From positions 960,001 through 1,024,000 of the forward strand of contig CP084166.1 of assembly GCA_021513695.1 (NCBI GenBank): a stretch of 64,000 nucleotides of DNA, written 5' to 3'. Shown here piece after piece: positions 19,931 through 29,754 of the stretch. This DNA is from Candidatus Heimdallarchaeum aukensis. GTDB taxonomy: Archaea > Asgardarchaeota > Heimdallarchaeia > Heimdallarchaeales > Heimdallarchaeaceae. Every line of letters begins with the position of its first letter. Position 1 is the stretch's first letter. The translations under genes and the position numbers were made by a program. The notes beneath the pieces were generated by a model. The model ran no database searches and was not told where the DNA came from. It saw only the letters and a list, made by a program, of their open reading frames with translations.

Positions 19931-21958
19931 ATGATGTCAGAGAAAGTGAAAATCGGAGTTTATGTTTGTCATTGCGGCTTCAACATAGCTGAAATGGTAG
20001 ACGTAAAAAAAGTTGCTGAAGTGTTGGGAAAAGAAGAAGATGTGGAAGTTGCAAAAGATTTTATTTTTATGTGTTCTGACGCTGGGCAAAAGATGATTGA
20101 AAATGATATCAAAGAAAAGGGAATAAATAGGGTTATTGTTGCATCATGTTCTCCACTATTGCATGAAAAAACATTTCAAGGTGTTTTGGAGCGTGCAGGG
20201 CTAAATAAATTCCTCTTTGAACACATAAACATTAGAGAGCAAGTAAGTTGGGTAAGTAAAAACAAAGAGTCGGCTACAGAAAAGGCTATTCGTTTAATTA
20301 GAGGAGGAATAGCGAAAATACGGAAACAACAAGCTCTTGAACCAATTCTAAAGAAAGTGACTAAAAGTGTAGCAGTTATAGGAGGAGGAGTTGCAGGGCT
20401 AATTTCAGCAAAGAATTTGGGTGAAATGGGCGTTGATGTAACATTAATAGAAAAAAGTCCTTTTATTGGAGGAATGGTTGCAAGATGGGATAAATTGTTT
20501 CCAAACGATGAAAATGCTCAAGACATAGTTCGTAAACTAATAGAAGAAGTAAAAGATAATAAACATATACGGATTCTTACTAATTCTCAGATAGTGGGAG
20601 GAAAAGGGAGTTTAGGTGGATATTCTGTCACAATAGAGACAATTTCCAGAGGAATCAAAAGACTTCCAGAGAATATAGAAAACATTCTTTCTTCTTGCCC
20701 CATAGAAATAGACTCTCCTGAATCTTTTGGGTTAGAAAAAAGAAAAATTGTTTACAAACCAGAATACATATGCTATCCTGAAGAATATGCCATAGATTGG
20801 GATAATCTATCTGATGCAAAAGAACTAGAGAAATACAAAAAATGGGTTAAAGAGTCTAATCTTGAAGAAAAATTTGAATTAGAAAAAACAGTAACAAAAG
20901 AAGAAATTAATGTGGGAGCAATAATATTCGCTACTGGTTTTGAACCTTATGAACCTTATGAGGGAGAATATGGGTGGAAGAAGCATCCAAATGTTGTTAC
21001 TTTGCCACAATTAATAGAAATTCTAAAAAGAGTAGACAAAAATCAAACTCATTTCGTTTATAATGGGAAGGAAATTAAATCTGTAGCCTTTATTCATTGT
21101 GTTGGAAGTAGACAAATAGAAGGAGAAGATATCCCAGGACCTGATGGAAAGCTAAATACTTACTGCTCACGATATTGTTGTAATGCTACTATACATACAG
21201 CCAATGAATTGAAGAAACTTTACCCAAATTTACACGTTTATGAATTCTATCGTGATATTCGTACATATGGTCTTGACGATGAGGATATGTATACTAAAGC
21301 TTCCAAGAACGATGTTATATTTTTGAGATTTAACAATGAGTATAAACCAGAAGTTCAGATTTTAGAGAATGAAAAGTATAATTTTGTTATATCTGTAAAA
21401 GATCAATTAAGTTACTACGAAGAAGTTGACATACCAGCGGATATGGTAGTGTTAAGTGTTGGAATGGTTCCTCCACAGATAGATGATCTAGTATCTATTT
21501 TCACTGTCTCAAGAGGAAATGATGGTTTCCTACTTGAAGCTCATCCAAAACTAAAACCTGTTGAAACTTCTTCTGGTATTTTCCTTGCTGGAACAGCGCA
21601 AGGACCTATGAATGCAAGTGAAGCTGCTGCAGGAGCTACAGCAGCTGCAGTTAAAGTAGCAGCAGTGGTTTCTAAAGATGAGCTAGCTTTATCTCCATTT
21701 ATTGCTCGTGTTGACATTACAAAATGTGATGCTACTGGAAAATGTGTTGAAGTGTGTGAATATAATGCTATTGAAGTAACTGAGGTTGAAGTCGAAAAAG
21801 GAAAAGTGGAAAGAAAAGCGCAAGTTAATCCTACTTTATGTGTAGGAGGAGGAACATGTGTAAGCGCATGCCCTAACCAAGCTATTCGCATTGTTGGATG
21901 GACGAACGAGCAAATTGAAGATATGATTACTGCGATGATCAAGGAGGTTAAAGAATAA
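19931..21958 (+). CDS. hdrA: HdrA-like paralog (675 aa) with an N-terminal Cys-rich domain and C-terminal 2x[4Fe-4S] domain.
   Basis: 'VAVIGGGVAG' FAD motif; 'CVGSRQ…CSRYCC' HdrA signature; C-terminal 'CxxxGxCxxxCE' / 'CVGGGTCVSACP'. Confidence 0.75.
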   Translation: MMSEKVKIGVYVCHCGFNIAEMVDVKKVAEVLGKEEDVEVAKDFIFMCSDAGQKMIENDIKEKGINRVIVASCSPLLHEKTFQGVLERAGLNKFLFEHINIREQVSWVSKNKESATEKAIRLIRGGIAKIRKQQALEPILKKVTKSVAVIGGGVAGLISAKNLGEMGVDVTLIEKSPFIGGMVARWDKLFPNDENAQDIVRKLIEEVKDNKHIRILTNSQIVGGKGSLGGYSVTIETISRGIKRLPENIENILSSCPIEIDSPESFGLEKRKIVYKPEYICYPEEYAIDWDNLSDAKELEKYKKWVKESNLEEKFELEKTVTKEEINVGAIIFATGFEPYEPYEGEYGWKKHPNVVTLPQLIEILKRVDKNQTHFVYNGKEIKSVAFIHCVGSRQIEGEDIPGPDGKLNTYCSRYCCNATIHTANELKKLYPNLHVYEFYRDIRTYGLDDEDMYTKASKNDVIFLRFNNEYKPEVQILENEKYNFVISVKDQLSYYEEVDIPADMVVLSVGMVPPQIDDLVSIFTVSRGNDGFLLEAHPKLKPVETSSGIFLAGTAQGPMNASEAAAGATAAAVKVAAVVSKDELALSPFIARVDITKCDATGKCVEVCEYNAIEVTEVEVEKGKVERKAQVNPTLCVGGGTCVSACPNQAIRIVGWTNEQIEDMITAMIKEVKE

Positions 21959-22260
21959 TGTCTGAAGAAAAATATGATTATCGAACAGCCCTAAAAAAGC
22001 TGAAAGAAAAAATGGGTGGAACAAAAGCTGAATTGTTAGAGAGAAACAAGCAAAGAAACAAAGACAAGAAACTAGTGGTACAAGCAATTAAGGAGGGTCT
22101 TTCAACTGTTCCTAAGGTTGCAGAGAAAACTGGTCTTCCAACAGATAGGGTGTTTTCTATAATTAACCAACTAGTAAAATATGAAGGGCTTGTGATGAAA
22201 GACAAGCGAAGCGAATATCCTGTGTATGGTTTTGTAGAAGAAGGTGAAAAAGATGAGTAA
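21958..22260 (+). CDS. Small winged-helix-like protein (100 aa).
   Basis: '…GLSTVPKVAEKTGLPTDRVFSIINQLVKYEGLV…' HTH-like. Confidence 0.4.
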   Translation: MSEEKYDYRTALKKLKEKMGGTKAELLERNKQRNKDKKLVVQAIKEGLSTVPKVAEKTGLPTDRVFSIINQLVKYEGLVMKDKRSEYPVYGFVEEGEKDE

Positions 22261-23473
22261 TATTACAGTTGATCTAAATCTAATTAAAGAAATTAAAAAA
22301 TATGGAGCATTTGATGTCTCTGCTTGCTTTAACTGCGGAACATGTACAGCAATTTGTCCTTTGACTGATGAAGAAGGTAATTTTCCAAGACGTATTATTA
22401 GATATGCACAATTAGGTCAAAAAGAAAAACTTGAAGGTTCAAAAGAGTTATGGTTATGTTATTACTGTGGTGAGTGTTCTGACACTTGCCCTCGTGAAGC
22501 AGATCCAGGAGAGTTCATGATGTCAGCAAGGAGATATGCAATAGCTAGTTATGATCCTACAGGTATCTCCAAACTTCTTTACAAATCTAAACTTTTTTCT
22601 GGTTTTATGGTCGCTTTAGTAGCATTTTTGGTAGGATTGGCTTTTTACATTGTACGTGGAAATGAGGTACACGCAGATTCTTTGCTTTTTGAAATCGATC
22701 CTGCTTATATTCATTGGGGTGGTTATGCTCTTATGGCATTTTTAGCCATAGTTGTAGTTGCTGAACTGTGGAAAATGACGACTAGGATTTATAAGAAGGA
22801 AAAAGAAAAACTGGAGAAAGAAGGAGTAGAAATAGATGAGAAAATTTTTCCAAAGCTTGTTAGATGGGTGAAAAATGCGTTTAACATTGTATTTGTTGAA
22901 TTTATAGCTCAAAAAAGATACTTTAGAAGAGAAAAAGTTGAAGAAGAAAAATGGATTTTTTCTAAATGGTTTATTCACTTAAACATAGTTCTTGGTTTTT
23001 CTGGATTATTTGTGGCAACTGCACTAGATTTCTTTTTAGATATTATAAACGTAAAGAAAACTCCAATCGGTGCAGTACCTTTATTCTATCCCACAAGATT
23101 GTTAGGAACAATTGCTGGATTAATGTTACTATATGGAATAATTCTCGCTTTCTTCTTTAGACTTAAGAAACAAGACTCTTCAAGAGAACATTCACGATTT
23201 TCTGATTGGTTTCTTTTATCCTTGCTTTTTGGACTAGCTGTTTCAGGATTTATACTAGAAATTCTAGTCTACTTTCCTTTAGCTAATGAACAATTTGCTT
23301 TCTGGACTTTTATTGTGCATGTGGTTTTTGCTGTAGAGATGATTATTTTTGCACCATTTTCAAAACTTGCTCATCTTATGTATAGAACCTATGCTCTTTG
23401 GATTTACAAAAATTTACAAACAGCACCCAAAAAATATCCAGAAATAGCTGATCTAATAATATATGAAGATTAA
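22253..23473 (+). CDS. HdrC-like 2x[4Fe-4S] ferredoxin domain fused to a polytopic His-rich membrane domain (HdrE/NarI-like cytochrome b candidate).
   Basis: 'CFNCGTCTAICP' and 'CYYCGECSDTCP' followed by ~5 TM helices containing conserved-looking His. SD GGTGA before ATG 22253. Confidence 0.6.
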   Translation: MSNITVDLNLIKEIKKYGAFDVSACFNCGTCTAICPLTDEEGNFPRRIIRYAQLGQKEKLEGSKELWLCYYCGECSDTCPREADPGEFMMSARRYAIASYDPTGISKLLYKSKLFSGFMVALVAFLVGLAFYIVRGNEVHADSLLFEIDPAYIHWGGYALMAFLAIVVVAELWKMTTRIYKKEKEKLEKEGVEIDEKIFPKLVRWVKNAFNIVFVEFIAQKRYFRREKVEEEKWIFSKWFIHLNIVLGFSGLFVATALDFFLDIINVKKTPIGAVPLFYPTRLLGTIAGLMLLYGIILAFFFRLKKQDSSREHSRFSDWFLLSLLFGLAVSGFILEILVYFPLANEQFAFWTFIVHVVFAVEMIIFAPFSKLAHLMYRTYALWIYKNLQTAPKKYPEIADLIIYED

Positions 23474-23497
23474 AGAGAAAATCTTTTTCTCTTTTTT

Positions 23498-24217
23498 TTA
23501 GAATTTTCCAAGATAATTTTCAATTTCTGGAACTTCTGACAATTTGGAAGAAGGACCAAAAAATAGTGTTTCTCCCCTATTTAGAAACAGAACATTGTCA
23601 GACCAATTTTCAATTAATAATCGTGAATGACTAGTAAAAATTAATGTCTTACCTTTTTCAATCACATCTTTTTCCAAAATTTCCTGCAAGGATTTTCTAG
23701 TTGGATAATCAATATTAGCAAAAGGTTCATCCAAAACAATTATTGAAGGATCCATAACTAAAACTCCTGCAATAGCTACTCTTTTCCTTTGCCCAAAAGA
23801 GAGTCTGAAAGGAGAATGATCCTTATATTCTCTTAAATCCACAATTTCCAAAGCTTTTTCTACTTTTTCTTCCACTTCTTCTTCAGTAAAACCTAAATTC
23901 CTAGGCCAAAAGGCTACATCTTCATATACGCTTGCAGAAAAAACTTGTGAATCAGGGTTTTGAAAAACGAATCCTACTCTTTTTCTAATTTCTTTAATTG
24001 TTTCTCTATTTAATTCAAGTTCTTGAACCTTTATTCTTCCTTTCTGGTGAAATTCAAGTCCAAGTAGTAATCTTAACAGAGTTGTTTTACCAGCTCCATT
24101 ATTTCCACAAATAGCAAATTTTTCTCCAATATTAATTGTAAAAGAGAGATTCTTTAACGCAAAAGATTTGTCTGGATACTCAAAGTGAACGTTTTCAAAA
24201 ACTATTTCATGATGCAT
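23498..24217 (-). CDS. cbiO: ECF-transporter ATPase (CbiO-like).
   Basis: Walker A 'GNNGAGKTTL'; ABC signature 'LSFGQRKR'; Walker B 'IIVLDEP'. Confidence 0.8.
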   Translation of the reverse strand: MHHEIVFENVHFEYPDKSFALKNLSFTINIGEKFAICGNNGAGKTTLLRLLLGLEFHQKGRIKVQELELNRETIKEIRKRVGFVFQNPDSQVFSASVYEDVAFWPRNLGFTEEEVEEKVEKALEIVDLREYKDHSPFRLSFGQRKRVAIAGVLVMDPSIIVLDEPFANIDYPTRKSLQEILEKDVIEKGKTLIFTSHSRLLIENWSDNVLFLNRGETLFFGPSSKLSEVPEIENYLGKF

Positions 24218-24984
24218 TTTTGAATAATACCTCCTGATATTAGACTAAAAAGAGTACTAATGAAAATGAGAAAAAGAAAATCTGCAATTGTTACTCTTTC
24301 TCGTTTTATAAGTAAATTATCTTCTAAACCTCGAAGAACCATTGCTTCGTAAACCTCTGTTCCATGTTTAATAGATTTTATAAGAATCCCACCCATCAAA
24401 GCCGCAGCAGCTTGAAACTTCCTTTTTCTTGATGCAGAATCTAATCCTCTCATCTTTTGAGCTGTTCTAATGTTTTCTCCTTCTTCAACAAGAAGAGGAG
24501 TATAACGCAACATAAGTAAAATGATAGTAACAATAATATTAGGAATAAAAAGACTGCGAAGACTCTGAATAAATTGTTGCATTGTCACACAAGTCGTATA
24601 CAGAGTAATTACAGAAACAGAGAAAATACCTCTAACCCAGATAAATAGAGCTCTATTTAATCCGTCGGAATAAATCTCAAAATTAATACCAATAAAGGAA
24701 TTTGAATAAATTACTTCTCCAAGTTTTAGAAATAAAGATGGAATACCTAAAAAGAAAATTAAAACTGAAGCTGGAATTATAAGCCTAATAGTTCTTACAA
24801 TTGAAGCTTTTATTGACAAAAAGAAAATTAAGGCTCCTAAGTAAATAATAAAAATGTTAAACAAATTGTTACTTAATAAAAATAAAACGATTACTAATAT
24901 GGTAAAGATAAGTAGTGCAACAGAAGAGAATATTCTCTGATTTTTCTTATCACTAAATGGAAATAAAAATTTTGTATTGTTCAT
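24202..24984 (-). CDS. cbiQ: ECF-transporter transmembrane T component (CbiQ-like).
   Basis: ~260 aa with 5-6 TM, overlapping the ATPase gene start (operon coupling). Confidence 0.65.
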   Translation of the reverse strand: MNNTKFLFPFSDKKNQRIFSSVALLIFTILVIVLFLLSNNLFNIFIIYLGALIFFLSIKASIVRTIRLIIPASVLIFFLGIPSLFLKLGEVIYSNSFIGINFEIYSDGLNRALFIWVRGIFSVSVITLYTTCVTMQQFIQSLRSLFIPNIIVTIILLMLRYTPLLVEEGENIRTAQKMRGLDSASRKRKFQAAAALMGGILIKSIKHGTEVYEAMVLRGLEDNLLIKRERVTIADFLFLIFISTLFSLISGGIIQKCIMK

Positions 24985-25051
24985 CGCTTATTCTCTTTTT
25001 GCTTATAAAGAAAAAAAAATAAAGAGTTATTAACTCTTACTTTTTTTAAGA

Positions 25052-26053
25052 TTATTCACCTTTTTCTTGGACAGCTTTTTGTCCTTTTTTGAATTTATAA
25101 AGCCTGAATCTGTAAAGTAAGTAGCTAAATCCAATTAGTACGAAGAAGAGTATGATCATTACAATTGCCATAGCCAAGATATCCCAACCTAACCCTTCAG
25201 GAAAGCCAAATATTCCGGATTCAAGAACTGTAACATCGATACCATTTTCAGAAAGAACTTCAAAAGTTTTCTCTAGTCCATCAGGATTACTGCTGGCTAC
25301 TATACCAAAAATAGACATTACGGCAAAAGAAGCAAAAGTAGCAATACCCGCCCAAATAGGTATTCTAAATTTGGGTTCTGCTTCTTCAGTTCTTTTGGTA
25401 AAGAATAAGGCACTTCTTGCATCTTCGAATAAACTTGGTTCTGCTCTGAAAACAAAGAAAACTATAGCAAAAGTGATTAAACCCTCAGCTACCCCAATTA
25501 TTGAATGTAAGATTAGCATCCATGAGAATATTAGACCTGCAGCTGCACTCTGAGCAAGAGTAAGCTCAATTGAAGCAAATAAAGCCATACATATTGTTGA
25601 AAAGAAAGCAGCGATTCCAGCAGCAATGGCAAACTTCTTTCTATCTTCCTTCCATTTATCAGGTAGGAAATAGTAAATTGCATAAGTAGTAAAAGCACCT
25701 ATTATAGCCATGTTAATAACATTGGCACCATAAGCTAAGAAACCTCCATCTCCAAACATTGCTTGAACAATGAGTATTGAAGAGATGATGAGTATACCAA
25801 CCCATGGGCCAACAAGCGTCGTAGCTAAAGCTGTTCCTATTAAATGTCCGCTTGAACCAAAAGGAACAGGAAAGTTAAACATCTGTGCGGCGAATAATCC
25901 TGCAGCTAAAACTCCTACTAGAGGAATTTGCTTCATCGTTAATCTTGATCTACTTTGCCATATGGCAACTAGTATCATGATTACGGCAATAACTAAATAG
26001 ACAATTGCTTGTCCTATCGGTAAGATTCCATCAGGCATGTGCATGAGTAACAC
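25052..26053 (-). CDS. cbiM: CbiM-like cobalt/nickel ECF substrate component with a C-terminal PDGLE-domain extension (CbiM-CbiN-like fusion).
   Basis: N-terminal 'MHMPDG' (CbiM/NikM hallmark); C-terminal '…SNPDGLEKT…' PDGLE motif after an extra TM. Confidence 0.75.
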   Translation of the reverse strand: MLLMHMPDGILPIGQAIVYLVIAVIMILVAIWQSRSRLTMKQIPLVGVLAAGLFAAQMFNFPVPFGSSGHLIGTALATTLVGPWVGILIISSILIVQAMFGDGGFLAYGANVINMAIIGAFTTYAIYYFLPDKWKEDRKKFAIAAGIAAFFSTICMALFASIELTLAQSAAAGLIFSWMLILHSIIGVAEGLITFAIVFFVFRAEPSLFEDARSALFFTKRTEEAEPKFRIPIWAGIATFASFAVMSIFGIVASSNPDGLEKTFEVLSENGIDVTVLESGIFGFPEGLGWDILAMAIVMIILFFVLIGFSYLLYRFRLYKFKKGQKAVQEKGE

Positions 26054-26165
26054 CTTTTTTGAATTCGTGTTACCAGATTTTATCTAATATATAAATCTAT
26101 TGGAAAAGAGTAGAGCAAAGAGAAAAGAAAAAAAAATAAATAAAGTTGAAAAATAGAACAAAAAT

Positions 26166-26471
26166 ATGAACGGTAAAACAAAGATCATTGCAGAACTAGT
26201 AATCTCTCCTGTGGGCGAAGGAACTAGCCTTTCAAAATATGTTAAAGAAGCAGTAAAAGTAATTGAATCGTTTCCTAATATAAGAGTGGAACATCATTCT
26301 ATGGGGACAAATATTGAAGCTGATGATATAGACACAATTCTTGAAGTTACAAAAAAAGCGCATGAATCTCTATTCAAAATTGGCTGTCAAAGAGTAGTAA
26401 CGACATTAAAAATAGATGACAGAAGAGATAAACCCAGAAAAATGGAAGATAAGGTAAAAGCATTACATTAA
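26166..26471 (+). CDS. MTH1187/YkoF-family (UPF0045) small protein.
   Basis: ~100 aa; 'ISPVGEGTSLSKYV…' pattern typical of this family. Confidence 0.5.
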   Translation: MNGKTKIIAELVISPVGEGTSLSKYVKEAVKVIESFPNIRVEHHSMGTNIEADDIDTILEVTKKAHESLFKIGCQRVVTTLKIDDRRDKPRKMEDKVKALH

Positions 26472-26861
26472 TTATTTTCTATAAGCATTAATAATAGGCT
26501 GTAGAATATTGCTAATTCTTAACTCGATAAGATTAATCAACTCTTCTAATTTTTTCTTTCCTTCTTCAGTGATTTGGTATAATCTTGTTTTTCTTTTATC
26601 CTCTGTTAAAACAGAAATAACTAGGCCCTCTTTCTCTAATTTTCTCAATTCAGGGTATAAAGTACCCGATTTCAATTTAACAAGATCATTTGTTAAACTT
26701 CTAATGCTTTTAATTAAAGAGTAGCCTGATGAATTAGGTTTTTTTTGTAAACAAATAAGAATAAGTGTCCTTGTGATTGGTAAACTTTCAATTGTTTTAA
26801 ATTTGGACAATAAAGATTTTTGCCCATCTTTTTCTATGTGCTTTTTTTTCATTCTCTGCAA
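26472..26861 (-). CDS. PadR-family transcriptional regulator.
   Basis: '…GYSLIKSI…LKSGTLYPELRKLEKEGLV…' PadR winged-helix signature. Confidence 0.7.
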   Translation of the reverse strand: MQRMKKKHIEKDGQKSLLSKFKTIESLPITRTLILICLQKKPNSSGYSLIKSIRSLTNDLVKLKSGTLYPELRKLEKEGLVISVLTEDKRKTRLYQITEEGKKKLEELINLIELRISNILQPIINAYRK

Positions 26862-26911
26862 CTCAGTATTATTTGTGATTATAAAGAAGGTAAAAAAAAT
26901 TTTGTGGTTAA

Positions 26912-27391
26912 TTAACTAACTGGGATTCTTGCAATTAAACCACTTAAAACAAGAACAGTTATTCCGAAAATAATATTCACGATAAGAAGAACAAAGTTTA
27001 GTTTCTCAGTTGTCTTTTTGTTTTTAAAGGATATTTTCTTAATAAATATGCTCCTGAACAGCGCTGTTATTACCATAAGTAATACAATTATGTGCTTAAT
27101 TGATAGCATTACCCCATAGTTTGTTGAAAAACTCATTAGACCACTGAAATTTGGAGATGCCTTTCCTAAAGGTAGTCCAGTTATAATTAACCCTATAATG
27201 CTAATGTATGTGGTTATACTAAGTTTCTTCTTTATATTTTCTAATAGTTTCTTTCTTTCTTGTTCTTTTTCAATTGTTTTTCTTACAGCAGGTAAAACCG
27301 CAAGAAACAGAGCTAACATTCCACCTATCCACATAGCTGTAAATAAATCGTGTAATGCCGATATTATTCCCATAAATACCCAACTTGCCAT
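26912..27391 (-). CDS. Small 4-TM membrane protein, co-oriented with the PadR regulator.
   Basis: Hydrophobic helices; no catalytic motif. Confidence 0.4.
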   Translation of the reverse strand: MASWVFMGIISALHDLFTAMWIGGMLALFLAVLPAVRKTIEKEQERKKLLENIKKKLSITTYISIIGLIITGLPLGKASPNFSGLMSFSTNYGVMLSIKHIIVLLMVITALFRSIFIKKISFKNKKTTEKLNFVLLIVNIIFGITVLVLSGLIARIPVS

Positions 27392-27560
27392 AAAATCACC
27401 ATGTTATGTTGTTAATCAACATGTAGGGTCTCTACATATAAAGTTTACTCTTAAACGCTTGAATGATGAATGGAAGAAAATTGTAAATCTGAAAAATTGT
27501 TTTAAAAAATCCAATTTTAAGATAAATCTAAAAAAGAAAAAGTTAGAGAAAAGTTAAGTT

Positions 27561-28085
27561 TTAAAGTGTTTTTCTCTTTTTTCTAAGGGTAAGTAACCCA
27601 CTAACAAGTAGTAGTCCCGATAGAGTAATGATAAGGGTATATCCTGGTACTTTTGAAGTAAGAACTAGACTCAGTACAATTGTTACATTGACTTCTCCTG
27701 TTGATATTGCTCCATTAGAAGTGATGTTTGCATTTTCTATCACAATGTAACGAACAACATCTTCTGTTTGAGTGATGTTGAATTCTATCAGTGAGGTATT
27801 AGTATATAGGTGTTCAGCTGTATACGCTGTTGGGTTACCATGAAATGTAGAATTGTAGTTTAGAAAATTCTCTTCATCTAATATTAAAAGGTCGATATTT
27901 TGTGTGCTGTTTACTTTAAGATGGTAAGTATTGTCTTTTTCTATTACTGCTCTTAATCCGTAGTAACTATCTTGAGGCATAGCTTCTGTATTATTGAACA
28001 GTTCTCTTTCAAGTGCGAGAGCAGGCAAAGCGCTAATTAAAACAATGAACCAGCTTATAATTAGAATTTTTATTTTTTTATTCAT
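27561..28085 (-). CDS. Secreted protein with a PGF-CTERM-like sorting signal variant (VPGY + TM + RKKRK).
   Basis: N-terminal signal peptide. C-terminus '…KVPGYTLIITLSGLLLVSGLLTLRKKRKTL'. Confidence 0.5.
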   Translation of the reverse strand: MNKKIKILIISWFIVLISALPALALERELFNNTEAMPQDSYYGLRAVIEKDNTYHLKVNSTQNIDLLILDEENFLNYNSTFHGNPTAYTAEHLYTNTSLIEFNITQTEDVVRYIVIENANITSNGAISTGEVNVTIVLSLVLTSKVPGYTLIITLSGLLLVSGLLTLRKKRKTL

Positions 28086-28095
28086 TTTTATCCCT

Positions 28096-29514
28096 CTAGT
28101 AATTTCTTGCAGCTCTTTCTGGTTTGACTAAAGCGATAATTGCCAAACCAATGATCAACATTAAGCCTATGAATAGTAGTGCTAATGCATATGTCTTATA
28201 GTTCCATGTCCTATAGAATATCAAAAATGTAGCACCCCATATTAAAGGTCCAACAGCGGAACTAAGTTTACCACTGAATTTAGAAAAGCCAAAGTATTCT
28301 CCAAACTTCTCCTTTGGTGCAAGCGTCGCTATCATAGCTCGTTGACATACCCATGTTCCTCCAAGAGCTGGACCTGCTAACACTCCCATCAAGATTATCA
28401 TTATAAAAGGAAAGTTAGCACCGATTTCTACTGGAGACCATAACATTATTCCTACAAATCCAATTATGACAGCAGCAATCCAGAGTCCACCAACCAAGAA
28501 AAATGCATTTTTAGCACCTTTTTTATCTGCAAACATACCTACAAAGTAAGTAAATATTACTGCAGAAATTGTAGAAAGCACGATGAATACCATTCCAAAC
28601 GTCTCTGACATTAATAGTCCATCTCTAACAATTGGAAACATATATGCAACTATTACATTTGCAGCATCGACGAATAAGAAGTAACCAATAATGAAAATGA
28701 ACATCTCTCTGTGGGTCTTGATTTCCTTGAATGTTGTCTTCAGTTGTCTAAATGCTTGTTTTATCAGTTGCATCGTAGGTGGTTTTTCACCTTTTTTCTG
28801 CCTTTCTTTAACAAATAAGAAAGGTATTGCAAATACAAGAAACATACCCATAGCGATCAAAAATGGCCAAGGTACTCCATAATAACCATATTGTAACTGT
28901 ACTGGAGGCTTGTAAGAGGCAATTTCAGCTACTTTGGGTAATTGACTTATTGGCGTTCCCCATATGCCTTCACAAATAATCATAACAGGTAAAGATAGTA
29001 AAGTACCAAAGTATCCAAAAGCAACACCAAAGGCTCCAACTTTACCAACATCTTTAGGTGCAGCTATAAATGCTAACATTGCATCGTAGTAAGCAAGACT
29101 CCATTGATAACTAACGTTCGCAATAACATAAAATATCAGTACTAGTGTTAAATTGTGCCAAAAGCCTAAAAGGCTTGCAAATAAGAGTATTGCAAATGTT
29201 AACCCTACTACAAATGGTTTTCTTTTTCCTGCTGAATCGCTAACAGCTCCCATCACAGGCATGCTAAAAGCAATTATGATTTGCATCGCAGCAACAACAC
29301 CACTAAAAATAGCATTAGCTTTATCGTAACTAAGACCGTTTTCAAGTTGTCCAACGATTAAAACGTAGCGGTTGATTATTAGTGAAACAATAACCATACT
29401 GTATATAGTATTTGCCAAATCATACATGCTCCATTTAAAAACATTAAGCCAAGAAGTGTTAGATTCTACCTCCACTTCTGTTTCTAGCGAAGTAACTTTT
29501 TTTTCATTTGACAT
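28096..29514 (-). CDS. MFS transporter (12 TM).
   Basis: 472 aa with two 6-TM halves and a basic loop between them. Confidence 0.7.
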   Translation of the reverse strand: MSNEKKVTSLETEVEVESNTSWLNVFKWSMYDLANTIYSMVIVSLIINRYVLIVGQLENGLSYDKANAIFSGVVAAMQIIIAFSMPVMGAVSDSAGKRKPFVVGLTFAILLFASLLGFWHNLTLVLIFYVIANVSYQWSLAYYDAMLAFIAAPKDVGKVGAFGVAFGYFGTLLSLPVMIICEGIWGTPISQLPKVAEIASYKPPVQLQYGYYGVPWPFLIAMGMFLVFAIPFLFVKERQKKGEKPPTMQLIKQAFRQLKTTFKEIKTHREMFIFIIGYFLFVDAANVIVAYMFPIVRDGLLMSETFGMVFIVLSTISAVIFTYFVGMFADKKGAKNAFFLVGGLWIAAVIIGFVGIMLWSPVEIGANFPFIMIILMGVLAGPALGGTWVCQRAMIATLAPKEKFGEYFGFSKFSGKLSSAVGPLIWGATFLIFYRTWNYKTYALALLFIGLMLIIGLAIIALVKPERAARNY

Positions 29515-29754
29515 GACTGTTTTTTTTATTACTGATTTATAAAAATTGTCGCTATCTTTGTTAATTTCTAAATGAATATTTCTTAATTAATTTGGTTATT
29601 TGTTATTAGTTGAACTATGAATTTCTAACTTTTATTATCGATTATTTCTATGCAAGTAAATTTCAAAAAAAGATACAACTATAATATTGAAGTAATTAAT
29701 AGTTGTTTAGTATTTTTTTCTGATTTTCTACTTTTTTCAATTTATTATTTCTAA

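Noticed and set aside
21541-22205. Antisense ORFs 21541..21942, 21836..22087 and 21978..22205 opposite hdrA and the small wH gene.
   Set aside because: They sit opposite well-supported coding regions (HdrA motifs), have low-complexity translations and no motifs.
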